Assembly: GCA_963768655.1 (NCBI GenBank)
Contig: CAVYIM010000006.1
Location: 96,001 to 160,000, forward strand
Direction: 5' to 3'
Length of the DNA stretch: 64,000 nucleotides
Origin: an uncultured Chloroflexia bacterium
Lineage (GTDB): Bacteria; Chloroflexota; Limnocylindria; Limnocylindrales; CSP1-4
Positions 28,838 through 41,157 of the stretch are shown piece after piece. Position numbers and translations under genes: made by a program. A model generated the notes under the pieces. That model saw only the letters and a program-made list of their open reading frames with translations. It did not search any database and had not been told where the DNA came from. Positions within the stretch are counted from its first letter, which is position 1, and the number at the start of each line of letters is the position of its first letter.

Positions 28838-31800
28838 GGCAGGGGGCGGGGGAGAAGCAAACATGAGTGCCGGCACAAGGGGCGCAGGAGAAGCAGCAGC
28901 ACGCCGTGCGAAATCGCACGCAGTGGCGGGCGCCGACTGGGGCCGGTCCGAGGGAGCGAGTTCAATGAAGACATGGCTTCGCGGGGAGATGTTCCACCGC
29001 CTGCTTCTGGTAACGGCCGTCGCCGTCCTTGCTGGTCTGACGGCCCCGGCGCAGGCCCACGCCTCCACCGGCAGCGGTGGTAGAGCGAGGACAGCTCTCA
29101 CCGCTGCAACCGGGGATACCGAGCCAATATGTGGCCCAGCCCCGGCAGGGAGCGTGCGCTGTTTGGCGATCCGCCGGACTGATGTAACCGAGCTATCTGC
29201 CGGCCAGGTCACACCTTCGGTGGCGGTTGAGGGATACGGACCATCAGATCTGCGGAGCGCCTATGCGCTGCCGAGCACGGGTGGCGTGGGAGTCACGGTT
29301 GCCCTGGTCGAAGCGTACGGCGCTCCGAATGCGGAATCGGATCTGGCGGTGTATCGCAGTCACTTTGGACTTCCACCGTGCACCACGGCCAACGGCTGTT
29401 TCCGGAGGGTCGACCAGACCGGCGGAGTGTCCTATCCGGCGTACGACGAGGGCTGGGCCGGAGAGACAGACCTCGACATCGAGATGGTCTCGGCGATCTG
29501 CCCTGGTTGCAAGATCCTCCTGGTCGAGGCCAACACCGGCCGGCTCTCGGATCTGATGACGGCGGTGGATACTGCCGTAGCGCTCGGCGCCAACGTGGTG
29601 TCGCAGAGCTACGGTGGCGAGGAAACTTCCGGCGACATTGTCGACGCAGATCCACATCTTGATCATCCCGGAGTGGCGATCGTTGCCGGTACAGGAGACT
29701 TTGGCACGGGCGACTGGGCGACGCCGGGCTACATGACCTTCTTCCCGGCCTCCTCTCCGTACGTGACGGCCGTTGGGGGAACGAGTCTCGTACCGGCCTC
29801 GAATGCTCGCGGCTGGACCGAAACCGTGTGGAACCACCCCGACGGCAGCGGCTACTACGCGCCGAACGCTGGATGCTCCGAGTATGAGCCGAAGCCGGCG
29901 TGGCAGACGGACCGGGGGTGTCTCAAACGAACCACTGCCGACGTCTCGGCCGTCGCGGATCCGTACACGGGCGTCGCTGGGTTCGATCCGGACTGGGGCG
30001 GTTGGGGAGTCATCGGGGGGACGAGCGTTTCCGCGCCGGTCATCGCCGGGGTCTTTGCCCTGGCAGGAGTGCCGCTGGCGGGCACCTATCCAACTCAGTA
30101 TCTCTATGCTCGCGCCTCCGACCTGAACGACGTGACAAGTGGCGATATCGGCGGCGAGAACGGAAGCTGCAACGGCTCGTACCTGTGCGCGGCGAAGGTT
30201 GGCTATGACGGGCCCACGGGTCTCGGCACGCCGGACGGCCTGAACGCCTTCAGGGCGGCGCCCAGCCTCGAGGTGACAGGTCTCCCGAGCCCCACAGTCG
30301 CGGGTACCGCCCACGACCTTACGGTTACCGCGAGAGACGCCTACGGCAATGTCGCGACCGGCTACACCGGGACCGTCCACTTCAGCAGCTCCGATCCCGC
30401 AGCCACCCTGCCAACGGACTACGCCTTCACCGCCCGTGACGCCGGGGTGCACGTGTTCAGCGTGACGCTCAAGACAGCCGGTACCTGCTCGGTGACAGCC
30501 ACCGATACAGTCACGCCATTGAACTCCGGCTGGCAGGACGGCATCGTGGTGAACCCGGGACCGGTCACGAACCTCGCGGTCTCCGGTCTTTCGACGCCGC
30601 GGACGGCCGGCACGGCCGGCACCGTCACCGTCAAGGCCGTCGACACCTCCGGCAACGGTGAGACCAGCTATCGCGGCACGGTCCGCTTCACCAGCACCGA
30701 CCCGGCAGCCGTCCTGCCCGCGGACTACACCTTCACCGCCGCCGACAAGGGAGTCCACACCTTCAGCGTCACTCTCAAGACCAATGGCCCGCAGTCGGTG
30801 ACCGCGACCGACATTGCAGTGACCAGCATCACAGGCTCCCAGACGAATGTCCTCGTGACGGGGTCGGCCTCCTCATATACCCCCATCAGCCCGCGTCGGG
30901 TTCTCGACTCCCGGCCCACCGGGTCGGGTCACACCAACATCGGCCTGGCGGGTAAGTTCACCGCCGGCACGGTCCGTAAGTTCACCGTCGCCGGAGCGGA
31001 GTATGTCGGGGGCGGGAGCGCTGCAGCCATCCCGACCAATGCCGTGGCGGTGACAGGCAACCTCACGGTCGTGGGTGAGACCGCGCCAGGCGTCATCGAT
31101 CTGGGACCGACCGTGACCGCGACCGGGTCCACTGCCACTCTGGACTTCGCCAAGGGCGACATCCGGGCCAACAACGTGACGATCGGTCTGGCCCCCGATG
31201 GCTCACTGGAGGCCGTCTATCGCAGCAGCACCGCCGCTGCGACGAGCGATCTCATCTTCGATGTCACAGGCTACTTTGTCCCCGGCAGCGGTGGTGCTAC
31301 CTATCACTCCCTGGCTCCGGGTCGAGTCCTCGATACCAGACCGTCCGGTGGTGGAGTGACCCACATCGGCGGCCTGTCCAAGCTGTCCAACCGGACCGTC
31401 AAGAGCTTCCCGGTGGCCGGTGTCAAGGCCCTGGGCTGGTCATCCGCTCTCGTACCCTCGAGCGCCACCGGCGTGACCGGCAACCTGACCGTGACCGGGG
31501 CCACGAGTGCCGGCTTTGTCTCTCTAGGTCCGACCATGACCGCCTCACCCTCCACCTCCAGCGTCAACGTCACGGCCGGCACCACCGTCGCCAACGGCGT
31601 GACCGTGGCCCTAAAGAGCGGCAAGCTAGCGGTGGTCTGGTGCGGCACCGCAGGATCATCGGCCAATGTCATCTTCGATGTCACGGGCTACTTCACGGCT
31701 GGCTCGGGTGGTCTGTCCTACTACGCGATCGCACCGGTCCGGGTCCTCGATTCCTCCAAGTCCATCGGTCTGTCCGGTACCTTCGCCAGCGGCACGGCAA

Positions 31801-32081
31801 GACTCTTCACCATCGGCGGTACTGCGGGTGTCCCAACTGGCGCTGCCGGTATCAGCGGCAACCTGACGGTGCTATCTCCCTCATCGGCGGGCTGGGCCCT
31901 GGTATCCCCTGAGATCGTCGCCACTCCGACCACCTCTACCCTCAACGTCGCCTCCGGCCACAGTGAGGCCAACGGCTTCGATGTCGCTCTGGGAGCCTCG
32001 GGTCACGTCGCTCTCGAGTGGGCCGGCACTACCGGCTCCAGCGCCAACATCGCTCTCGATATCACCGGCTACTGGAAGTAG
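27424..32081 (+). repeat. ~1.4-kb near-identical direct repeat (27424-28837 and 30668-32081); third, more diverged copy at ~23840-25052
   Basis: Constant offset of 3244 bp at both ends; long stretches identical by eye. Confidence 0.95.
28965..32081 (+). CDS. Secreted S53 (sedolisin/kumamolisin-like) serine peptidase with the shared C-terminal module
   Basis: ETDLDIE (E-x3-D), SQSYGG, GTGDFG, ADVSAVADP, GGTSVSAP catalytic Ser. Confidence 0.85.
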   Translation: MKTWLRGEMFHRLLLVTAVAVLAGLTAPAQAHASTGSGGRARTALTAATGDTEPICGPAPAGSVRCLAIRRTDVTELSAGQVTPSVAVEGYGPSDLRSAYALPSTGGVGVTVALVEAYGAPNAESDLAVYRSHFGLPPCTTANGCFRRVDQTGGVSYPAYDEGWAGETDLDIEMVSAICPGCKILLVEANTGRLSDLMTAVDTAVALGANVVSQSYGGEETSGDIVDADPHLDHPGVAIVAGTGDFGTGDWATPGYMTFFPASSPYVTAVGGTSLVPASNARGWTETVWNHPDGSGYYAPNAGCSEYEPKPAWQTDRGCLKRTTADVSAVADPYTGVAGFDPDWGGWGVIGGTSVSAPVIAGVFALAGVPLAGTYPTQYLYARASDLNDVTSGDIGGENGSCNGSYLCAAKVGYDGPTGLGTPDGLNAFRAAPSLEVTGLPSPTVAGTAHDLTVTARDAYGNVATGYTGTVHFSSSDPAATLPTDYAFTARDAGVHVFSVTLKTAGTCSVTATDTVTPLNSGWQDGIVVNPGPVTNLAVSGLSTPRTAGTAGTVTVKAVDTSGNGETSYRGTVRFTSTDPAAVLPADYTFTAADKGVHTFSVTLKTNGPQSVTATDIAVTSITGSQTNVLVTGSASSYTPISPRRVLDSRPTGSGHTNIGLAGKFTAGTVRKFTVAGAEYVGGGSAAAIPTNAVAVTGNLTVVGETAPGVIDLGPTVTATGSTATLDFAKGDIRANNVTIGLAPDGSLEAVYRSSTAAATSDLIFDVTGYFVPGSGGATYHSLAPGRVLDTRPSGGGVTHIGGLSKLSNRTVKSFPVAGVKALGWSSALVPSSATGVTGNLTVTGATSAGFVSLGPTMTASPSTSSVNVTAGTTVANGVTVALKSGKLAVVWCGTAGSSANVIFDVTGYFTAGSGGLSYYAIAPVRVLDSSKSIGLSGTFASGTARLFTIGGTAGVPTGAAGISGNLTVLSPSSAGWALVSPEIVATPTTSTLNVASGHSEANGFDVALGASGHVALEWAGTTGSSANIALDITGYWK

Positions 32082-32231
32082 GGAGCGGGGGGAGGCGCGC
32101 TCCTCGGCTCGTTGGACCCTCGCAGACGCTCGGAGGCCCCGGCCCGCGCCGGGGCCTCGGACCACGTGGCGGCGGGCGAAGGGACGCCCGGCTCGGGGCT
32201 CGGCCAGGGGCTCGGTCCGGGTCCTCGCGCC

Positions 32232-32240
32232 TGCTATACT
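32232..32240 (+). promoter_or_regulatory. Extended -10 promoter TGcTATACT
   Basis: TGCTATACT immediately before the structured RNA candidate. Confidence 0.6.
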
Positions 32241-32245
32241 TCGGC

Positions 32246-32428
32246 CGGCCTGGGGACCGAGGAACCCCGGGCTGCCAATGCCAATCGCCAAGGAGTGCAC
32301 GTTGCCGCACGAAGGCGTGCCGTTCGCCCCGTGAGACGAACCACCACCTTCACGCCCCAGGGAGCCGCGGCGGCTCCTACGGAGGGGCAGTCTACCCAGG
32401 TCCCCGGCCGCTCGGTCGAGGGCCTTTT
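32246..32428 (+). ncRNA. 6S RNA-like rod-shaped RNA (alternatively a purA leader/attenuator)
   Basis: Nested pairings GGGGACC/GGTCCCC, GGGCTGCC/GGCAGTCT, GGAG/CTCC, GTTGCCGC/GCGGCGGC, GGCGTG/CACGCC and GTTCG/CGAAC, with an internal A/C-rich bubble; terminator-like hairpin plus TTTT at 32399-32428. Confidence 0.5.
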
Positions 32429-32486
32429 GGTTTCCCGGGGTTGGCACAGGGACGACCGCCGGGGCGAGCACCGCAGGGAGGACTAG

Positions 32487-33851
32487 ATGCCCGCCACCGT
32501 GATCGTCGGCCTGCAGTGGGGCGACGAGGGCAAAGGCAAGACGACCGACTTCCTGGCCGAGGGCGTTTCGGCCGTCGTCCGCTATCAAGGCGGCGACAAC
32601 GCCGGTCACACGATCATGCTCGGCGAGGAAGTCTTCAAGCTCCACCTCGTCCCCTCGGGCGTGCTCTACCCGCACATCACGCCGATCATCGGCAACGGCG
32701 TGGTCGTCAACCCGGCAACCCTCCTGACCGAGTTCGAGATGCTCACCAGCCGCGGCATCGAGGTCGATCGCGTCCGGGTCAGCAAGCACGCCCACGTGAT
32801 CATGCCCTACCACATCGCTCTCGACGGAGCGATGGAGGCCCGCCTCGCGAAGGCCGCGGTCGGGACCACGCGGCGGGGAATCGGGCCCGCATACGCGGAC
32901 CGCGCCTGGCGGATCGGCATCCGGATGGAGGACCTGCTCGACGCCGTGGCCCTTCGGGGCAAGCTGGCTCGAATCCTGCCCGAGAAGAACGCCACACTCC
33001 AGCGGCAGCATCGGGTCGAGGGTTTCGACCTCGACGAGCTGGTCGAGCAGGCGGCCGAATGGGGCCGGCGCCTCGAGCCCCGCCTGGCCGACACGACCCA
33101 GCTGGTCCAGGAACGCCTGGCGCGCGGCGAGCACGTCCTGTTCGAAGGGGCGCAGGGAGCGCTGCTCGACCTCGACCACGGCAGCTACCCGTTCGTCACC
33201 TCGTCCAACCCGATCGCCGGCGGCGCCTGCACAGGTGGCGGCATCGGGCCGCTGCAGGTCGACGAGGTCATCGGCGTGATGAAGGCCTACGCCACCCGCG
33301 TCGGATCCGGCCCGTTCCCGACGGAGCTGACCGACGCGATCGGCGACGGGATCACCGACCGGGGCCGGGAGTTCGGAACCACTACCGGGCGGCGCCGCCG
33401 GGTCGGCTGGTTCGACGCCGTGCCGCTGCGCTATGCCGTGGCTGTGAACAGCGTCAGCTCGATCATGCTGAACAAGATCGACATCCTCTCGGGTCTGGAC
33501 GAGATCCTGATCTGCATGGCCTACGAGGTCGACGGCAGGCGGGTCGACTGGTGGCCCTCGGACGCCGACGTCCTGGCCCGGGCGACGCCGATCTACGAGC
33601 GCTTCCCCGGCTGGGCCGAGCCGATCCACGCTTGCCGCTCCATGGCGGACCTGCCGGAGAACGCCCGGCGCTACGTGGACGCGGTCGAGCGACTCTCCGG
33701 GGCCCCGATCGCGCTCGTCTCGGTTGGGCCGGAGCGTCACCAGACCATCGAACGAATGGCTCGCCAGCAGCGGCCCAGGCCTTCTGCCGGTCCGGCCGCG
33801 GCGCCCGCGACTTCCATGCGCGCCGCCTCCGGCGCAGCGGTCGAGCGATGA
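32487..33851 (+). CDS. purA: Adenylosuccinate synthetase
   Basis: QWGDEGKGK, GGDNAGHT, GIGPAYAD, EFGTTTGRRRRVGWFD. Confidence 0.98.
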   Translation: MPATVIVGLQWGDEGKGKTTDFLAEGVSAVVRYQGGDNAGHTIMLGEEVFKLHLVPSGVLYPHITPIIGNGVVVNPATLLTEFEMLTSRGIEVDRVRVSKHAHVIMPYHIALDGAMEARLAKAAVGTTRRGIGPAYADRAWRIGIRMEDLLDAVALRGKLARILPEKNATLQRQHRVEGFDLDELVEQAAEWGRRLEPRLADTTQLVQERLARGEHVLFEGAQGALLDLDHGSYPFVTSSNPIAGGACTGGGIGPLQVDEVIGVMKAYATRVGSGPFPTELTDAIGDGITDRGREFGTTTGRRRRVGWFDAVPLRYAVAVNSVSSIMLNKIDILSGLDEILICMAYEVDGRRVDWWPSDADVLARATPIYERFPGWAEPIHACRSMADLPENARRYVDAVERLSGAPIALVSVGPERHQTIERMARQQRPRPSAGPAAAPATSMRAASGAAVER

Positions 33852-35307
33852 GCTCGCCCGCCGGATCCAGCCAGCAGGCCGCCGGCCCGGCGCGAGTGCT
33901 GGTGCTCGGCGGCGGCGGCCGCGAACACGCCCTGGTCTGGAGCCTGGCGCGCGAGGCCGACGTCGAGGCCGTGATCGTGGCCCCGGGCAGCGACGCCATA
34001 GGCGAGGAGCCCAAGGTTCGCTGCATGCCGTGCGTTTCCGCCACGGACCCCGCCGCGGTCCTGGAGCTGGCCACCGCGGATAACGTGGATCTGGTCGTCG
34101 TCGGCCCCGAGGCGCCGCTGGCCGCCGGTGTCGTGGACGTGCTCGAGGAAGCGGGCGTGCCGACCTTCGGGCCGATCCGCTCGGCCGCGCGGATCGAATG
34201 GAGCAAGGCATTCTGCCGCGAGGTCGCCGCCGCCGCCGGTGTCCGGATGGCGCGCGGCGAGCCATTCTGGGCCCTCGAGCCGGCGCTCACGTACGCCCGC
34301 GAACTGGCCGCAGAGCCGGGGTCGCGCGGCGTGGTGGTCAAGGCCGACGGCCTGATGGCCGGCAAGGGCGTCACCGTCTGCGACGACCTCGCGCCGGCGG
34401 AGACGGCCCTGCGGGCGCTCTTTGCCGGCGCCCCGGCCGCGGCGGAGGCCGAGGCGGCTCGTCTCGCCGGCCGGCCCCCGGTGGTCGTGATCGAGGAGCG
34501 CCTCTTCGGGGCGGAGGCGAGCCTGATCGCCCTGTGCGACGACCACGGCGCGCTGGCCCTGCCCCCGGCCCGCGACCACAAGCGCCTGCTGGACGGCGAC
34601 CGCGGCCCGAACACAGGGGGGATGGGAGCCTACAGCCCCGTCCCAGACCTGCCCGAGAGCCTCTGCGCCACGCTCGTCGACATGATCCACGTGCCGATCC
34701 TGGCGGAGCTCACTCGCCGCGGTGCGCCGTTCCGCGGCGCGCTGTATGCGGGCCTGATGCTCACGCCCGAGGGTCCGGTCCTGATCGAGTGCAACGCCCG
34801 ATTCGGCGATCCCGAGGTCCAGGCGCTGCTGCCACGGCTCGCCGTGCCGCTGGGGCCGCTCCTCCTCGGCGCCGCGCGGGGCGATCTCGCCGGGGCAGCG
34901 GCTGAGCTCGGCCTGGTGAGCCGGCTGCTGCCCACGACCGGGGATGCGGCGGTCGCGATCGTCCTGGCGGCGGAGAACTATCCCGAAACGCCGCGCAGGG
35001 GCGACCCGATCGGCGGCCTCGCCGAGGCTGCGCGGGCCGGGGCCACCGTCTTCCATGCCGGTACGGTCCGCGGCGCCGACGGTGGGTACCGCACCAACGG
35101 TGGTCGCGTCCTCTCCGTCGTGGGCCTGGGGAACACGCTCGCCGCGGCGCGTGCCAGCGCCGAGAAGGCCGCGGAGAAAGTGACCTGGCAGGGGATGCAG
35201 CGCCGCCACGACATCGCTGCGAGACCGCCCGTCGCTGCTGACGCGAAGGCCGCGGCCGCCTCGCCGGCTCCAATCTCGGCCGCGGGATGGGAGGAGGGAA
35301 CGCCGCC

Positions 35308-35311
<4 letters not shown>
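33848..35311 (+). CDS. purD: Phosphoribosylamine--glycine ligase
   Basis: LGGGGREHAL, KADGLMAGKGV, DHKRLLDGDRGPNTGGMGAYSP, NARFGDPE. Confidence 0.97.
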
Positions 35312-36628
<1,317 letters not shown>

Positions 36629-36642
<14 letters not shown>

Positions 36643-37591
36643 AACGACGAACCCCGGGGATCCGCGCGCCTCCGGGCCCAGCCTCGCCGCCTCGAGCGGA
36701 TTCGTCCGGTCGGGCAAGGTGCGCGACCTGTTCGAAGTCGGCGATCGACTGCTGCTCGTGGCCAGCGACCGCCTCTCTGCGTTCGACGTCGTGCTGCCGA
36801 CACCGATTCCCGACAAGGGCCGCGTCCTGACCGGGCTGTCGCGCTTCTGGTTCGGCCAGACCGGCGACGTCATCGCCAACCATCTTCTCGCGACCGACCC
36901 GGCGGAGCTGCCGGCGGGCTTCACCGACGAGGCCGGCCGGCGCGAGCTGCGCGGCCGGATGATGATCTGCCGCCGCGCCAGGGTGCTGCCGGTGGAGGTC
37001 ATCGTCCGCGGCTACGTGTCGGGCTCCGGCTGGAAGGACTACCGCCGTACCGGGGCGATCTGCGGCATCGCGCTACCGGCGGGCCTGCGCGAGTCCGATC
37101 GCCTGCCCGAACCCATCTTCACTCCGTCGACGAAGGCCGAAGTCGGGCACGACGAAAACATCGGCTTCGACGCCATGGTCGAGCTCGTGGGCGGGCCGCT
37201 GGCCGAGCGTGTCCGCGCCGTCGCCCTGGCGCTGTATTCGCGCGGCGCCGCGATCGCCGAGAAGGCCGGAATCCTCCTTGCCGACACCAAGTTCGAGCTC
37301 GGCACCGCCGTCGATACGGGCGAGCTGATCCTGATCGACGAGGTCATGACGCCCGACTCGAGCCGCTTCTGGGACGCCTCCACCTACGAGCCGGGACACG
37401 CCCAGGCCAGTTTCGACAAGCAACCCGTGCGCGACTGGCTGGAAGCCCAGCCGTGGGACAAGACCTATCCAGGACCCGAGCTGCCGGCCGAGATCGTGGC
37501 CGGGACGCGCGAACGCTACGTGGCGGCGTTCGAGCGGATCACCGGGGCCGGCTTCGATCGCTACCTGCAGGAGGACACGATCGCCCGATGA
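36629..37591 (+). CDS. purC: SAICAR synthetase
   Basis: GKVRDLF, SDRLSAFD, ADTKFELG, DEVMTPDSSRFW, DKQPVRDWL. Confidence 0.97.
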
Positions 37592-37911
37592 GCGAGTTCC
37601 GGTATGCCGTCAACGTGCTGCCCAAGCAGGGCATCCTGGACCCGCAAGGGCGGGCCGTGGAGCGGAGCCTGCCGCATCTCAAAGTCACGAACGTGTCGCG
37701 AGTCCGCGTCGGGCGGCGGGCCGAGTTGACGGTCACCGCCGACTCCGAGGCGGAGGCCCGTGCCCTCGTCGACGACCTCGCCAAAGAGCTGCTCAGCAAC
37801 CCGCTCATCGAGGCTTACACCATCGAGCTGCTGGAGGGCACCTCGTCGGCCGTGTCGTCCCCGGGCGCCGGCTCAGCCGCCGGTTCGGGCGCAGGGGTGT
37901 CGCGATCGTGA
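37588..37911 (+). CDS. purS: FGAM synthase subunit PurS
   Basis: [17 protein letters not shown]. Confidence 0.95.
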   Translation: MSEFRYAVNVLPKQGILDPQGRAVERSLPHLKVTNVSRVRVGRRAELTVTADSEAEARALVDDLAKELLSNPLIEAYTIELLEGTSSAVSSPGAGSAAGSGAGVSRS

Positions 37912-38621
37912 GGATCGGCGTCGTCACCTTCCCGGGCTCCAACTCAGACGTGGACGCGCTCAACGCCCTGGCCGTCGCCGGCGTGGAGCCGGTTTCTCTG
38001 TGGCACGAGTCGCCCGACCTGCAGGGCGTGGCCGGGGTGATCCTGCCGGGCGGCTTTGCCTACGGCGACTACCTTCGAGCGGGCGTCATCGCGCGCTTCA
38101 GCCCGGTGATGCGCGGCGTCTCCGACTTCGCGGCCAGAGGCGGCTACGTCCTGGGGATCTGCAACGGCTTCCAGGTGCTGGCCGAATCACGGCTCGTGCC
38201 CGGCGCGCTGCTGCGCAACCGCTCGTTGCGTTTCGCCAGCAAGATCGTCGCCATCAGGCCCCAGCGCCTCGACTCGCCGTTCACCCACAAGGCGACCGGC
38301 GCGCCGCTGCACATCCCGATCGCTCACGGCGAAGGCTGCTACTACGCGGACGACGCCACGCTCGACGAGCTCGAGCGCAACGGCCAGGTGCTGTGGCGCT
38401 ACGTCCGAGCGGACGGCACGCCCGCCCTCGACCCGGACGATCCGGCCAACCCCAACGGCTCGCTCCGCGCCATCGCCGGCGTATGCAACGCGACGGGCAA
38501 CGTCGCCGGCCTGATGCCGCATCCGGAGCGGATGTCCGAGCCGATCCTGGGCAGCGACGACGGAATGCAAGTGATCCGGTCGTTCGTCGAGAGCGCCAGG
38601 GCCTGGGAGGCAGCGCGATGA
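37908..38621 (+). CDS. purQ: FGAM synthase glutaminase subunit
   Basis: [31 protein letters not shown]. Confidence 0.97.
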   Translation: MRIGVVTFPGSNSDVDALNALAVAGVEPVSLWHESPDLQGVAGVILPGGFAYGDYLRAGVIARFSPVMRGVSDFAARGGYVLGICNGFQVLAESRLVPGALLRNRSLRFASKIVAIRPQRLDSPFTHKATGAPLHIPIAHGEGCYYADDATLDELERNGQVLWRYVRADGTPALDPDDPANPNGSLRAIAGVCNATGNVAGLMPHPERMSEPILGSDDGMQVIRSFVESARAWEAAR

Positions 38622-41155
38622 GCGAGCCGACGACGAACCCGACCGCGCCGGCCACGCCGGCCCAGCCCGAGCCGCTCCATCGCCAGCTCGGGGTCACGGA
38701 TCAGGAGCTGGACGTAATCCGCCAGAAGCTCGGCCGCGACCCCAACCACACCGAGCTGGCCATGTTCAGCGTGATGTGGAGCGAGCACTGCTCGTACAAG
38801 AGTTCCAAGCCGCTGCTCAAGACGCTCCCGACGCGGGGCCACGGCATGATGGCCGGCGTCGGCGACAACGCCGGCGTGCTCCGGATCGGCGATGGGCTGG
38901 CCGTCGCGTTCAAGATCGAGAGCCACAACCACCCCTCCGCCGTGGAGCCGTACCAGGGCGCCGCGACGGGCGTCGGCGGGATCCTGCGCGACATCTTCAC
39001 CATGGGCGCCCGGCCGATCGCGGTCCTGGACGCGCTCCGCTTCGGCGACCCGACGGATCCGCGAACCCGCCATCTCGTGGACGGAGTCGTCCGCGGCGTC
39101 GGCGGCTACGGCAACTGCGTCGGCGTGCCCACCGTCGGCGGCGAGTTGGTATTCGACCCGAGCTACCAGGGCAACCCGCTGGTCAACGTCATGGCCATCG
39201 GCCTGCTCGAGGAGCGGATGCTGATCCTGGCCGAGGCTCCCGGGCCGGGCAACTACGTCGTGCTGTTCGGCTCAACCACCGGCCGCGACGGCATCGGCGG
39301 CGCGAGCGTCCTGGCCTCGGCGACCTTCGCCGACTCCGACCCGAACAAGCGCCCGACGGTCCAGGTCGGCGACCCGTTCGCCGAGAAGCTGCTGATCGAG
39401 GCCAGCCTGGAGCTGATCGATCGCCGCCTGGTCGAAGGCATCCAGGATCTCGGCGCTGGCGGCATCAGCTGCGCCAGCTCCGAATCTGCCGACAAGGCCG
39501 GGACCGGCATCCTGCTCGACCTGGACGCGATCCCGCGGCGCGAGCCCGGCATGGCGCCCTGGGAAGTGATGATCTCCGAGTCCCAGGAGCGGATGCTGGC
39601 CACCTGCCGGCCGGAGAACTATCCGGCCGTGCGCGAGGTGTGCGAGCGGTGGGGCATCCCGATCGCTCTCGTCGGCCGGGTGACCACCGATGGCGACATC
39701 GCCATCGTGGAGGGCGGTATCGGCATCGACGGCCTGCCCAACCCCGGGGCGAAGGAGATCGCCCGTATCCCCGCGAAGGCGCTCACCAGCGAGGCCATCG
39801 TCCACTACCGCCTCGCCTCGCCCCCCGCGCGACGCCGCCAGGCGCCCGCGCCGGGCATCCCGCTGACGGCCCAGGACGGGCTTCCGGAGCGGGGCATGGA
39901 TCCTGCCGCCGTCCTGGCTGCGCTCCTGGGCAGCCCGAACCTCTCCAGCCGGCGCTGGGTCTACGAGCAGTACGACGCCTGCGTCCAGAGCAACACCGTC
40001 GAGTGGCCCGGCCACGGGGCGGCGGTCCTGCGCGTCAAGGGCACGAAAAAGGCCCTCGTCGCCACCACCGACGGCAACCAGACCGTCAGCGCGCTCGACC
40101 CGTACCTGGGCGCCCAACTCTCGGTGGCCGAGGCGACGCGCAACGTCAGCATCACCGGCGCCCGCCCGATCGGGCTCACGAACTGCCTCAACTACGGCAA
40201 CCCGGAACGGCCGGAGGCCTTCTGGCAGCTGCAGGAGGCCGTTCGTGGCATGGGCGACGCCTGCCGCGCGCTCGGCATCCCGGTCACCGGCGGCAACGTC
40301 TCGCTCTACAACGAATATCCGGGCGGGGCGATCTCGCCGACGCCCGAGATCGGCATCGTCGGCCTGCTGGACGACGTCTCGCTGCTGGTCAGGCCACCGT
40401 TCACGACCGAAGGCGACAGCGTCGTCCTCGTGGGCTCCAGCGCGCCCGGCCTGGCCGGCTCGGCCTACGCCGCCCTGGCAGGTCTCGCGTCGGAGGATGC
40501 GCCGCCCAGCCTGGACCTGGATCGCGAGGCGGCTTTGCAGTCGTTCATCCGCGAAGCCATCGGGCGCGGTCTCGTGGCCTCGGCCCAGGACGTCTCCGGT
40601 GGCGGCCTTGCCGTCGCCCTGGCCGAGTGCGCCATGTGGGGCGGGCTCGGCGCCCGCCTCCGGCTCGGCGTGCTCGGCTCGCCGGCAATCGAACTATTCG
40701 GCGAGAGTCCCTCGCGAGTCGTGCTGTCGTGCCGGCCGCGCCACGCCCCCGCCATCGAGCTGCTGGCCCGCCAGTTCGGCCTGCCGGCCGCGACCCTCGG
40801 CACTGTCGGCGGGGATCGGCTCCGCATCGAGCTGACCGGGCAGGGAGCGACGGGCGCGGCGGAAGAGCGCGGCTCGCGCGTGGCGGACGCCCTGGACGTG
40901 GCCATCGTGGATCTCTGTCACGCCTGGGACCACGGCCTGGCCCGGGCCCTCGGCGTGGAGCCGTCCGCGGCCGAGAGCAACCCCGACCCGCACGCGCCGG
41001 ATAAGCCCGCACCCGCTCCCGGCGGCGCGCCAGCGCCCGGCGACGAGCCCGCGCCCGGAGACGCACCCGCGCCCGGCGGCGCGCCAGCGCGCGGCGGCGA
41101 GCCCGCGCCCGGAGACGCGCCCGCACCCGGCGGCGCAAGCGGCGGGGCCGCCTAG
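38618..41155 (+). CDS. purL: FGAM synthase subunit PurL, with low-complexity PAPG tail
   Basis: [35 protein letters not shown]; PAPG(G/D)(A/E) repeats at ~41010-41135. Confidence 0.97.
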   Translation: MSEPTTNPTAPATPAQPEPLHRQLGVTDQELDVIRQKLGRDPNHTELAMFSVMWSEHCSYKSSKPLLKTLPTRGHGMMAGVGDNAGVLRIGDGLAVAFKIESHNHPSAVEPYQGAATGVGGILRDIFTMGARPIAVLDALRFGDPTDPRTRHLVDGVVRGVGGYGNCVGVPTVGGELVFDPSYQGNPLVNVMAIGLLEERMLILAEAPGPGNYVVLFGSTTGRDGIGGASVLASATFADSDPNKRPTVQVGDPFAEKLLIEASLELIDRRLVEGIQDLGAGGISCASSESADKAGTGILLDLDAIPRREPGMAPWEVMISESQERMLATCRPENYPAVREVCERWGIPIALVGRVTTDGDIAIVEGGIGIDGLPNPGAKEIARIPAKALTSEAIVHYRLASPPARRRQAPAPGIPLTAQDGLPERGMDPAAVLAALLGSPNLSSRRWVYEQYDACVQSNTVEWPGHGAAVLRVKGTKKALVATTDGNQTVSALDPYLGAQLSVAEATRNVSITGARPIGLTNCLNYGNPERPEAFWQLQEAVRGMGDACRALGIPVTGGNVSLYNEYPGGAISPTPEIGIVGLLDDVSLLVRPPFTTEGDSVVLVGSSAPGLAGSAYAALAGLASEDAPPSLDLDREAALQSFIREAIGRGLVASAQDVSGGGLAVALAECAMWGGLGARLRLGVLGSPAIELFGESPSRVVLSCRPRHAPAIELLARQFGLPAATLGTVGGDRLRIELTGQGATGAAEERGSRVADALDVAIVDLCHAWDHGLARALGVEPSAAESNPDPHAPDKPAPAPGGAPAPGDEPAPGDAPAPGGAPARGGEPAPGDAPAPGGASGGAA

Positions 41156-41157
41156 CC

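Noticed and set aside
8501-32081. Diversity-generating retroelement (TR/VR pairs among the ssb copies, Kelch repeats or 1.4-kb tails)
   Set aside because: No reverse transcriptase in the window, and the differences seen are not confined to adenines of one template copy.
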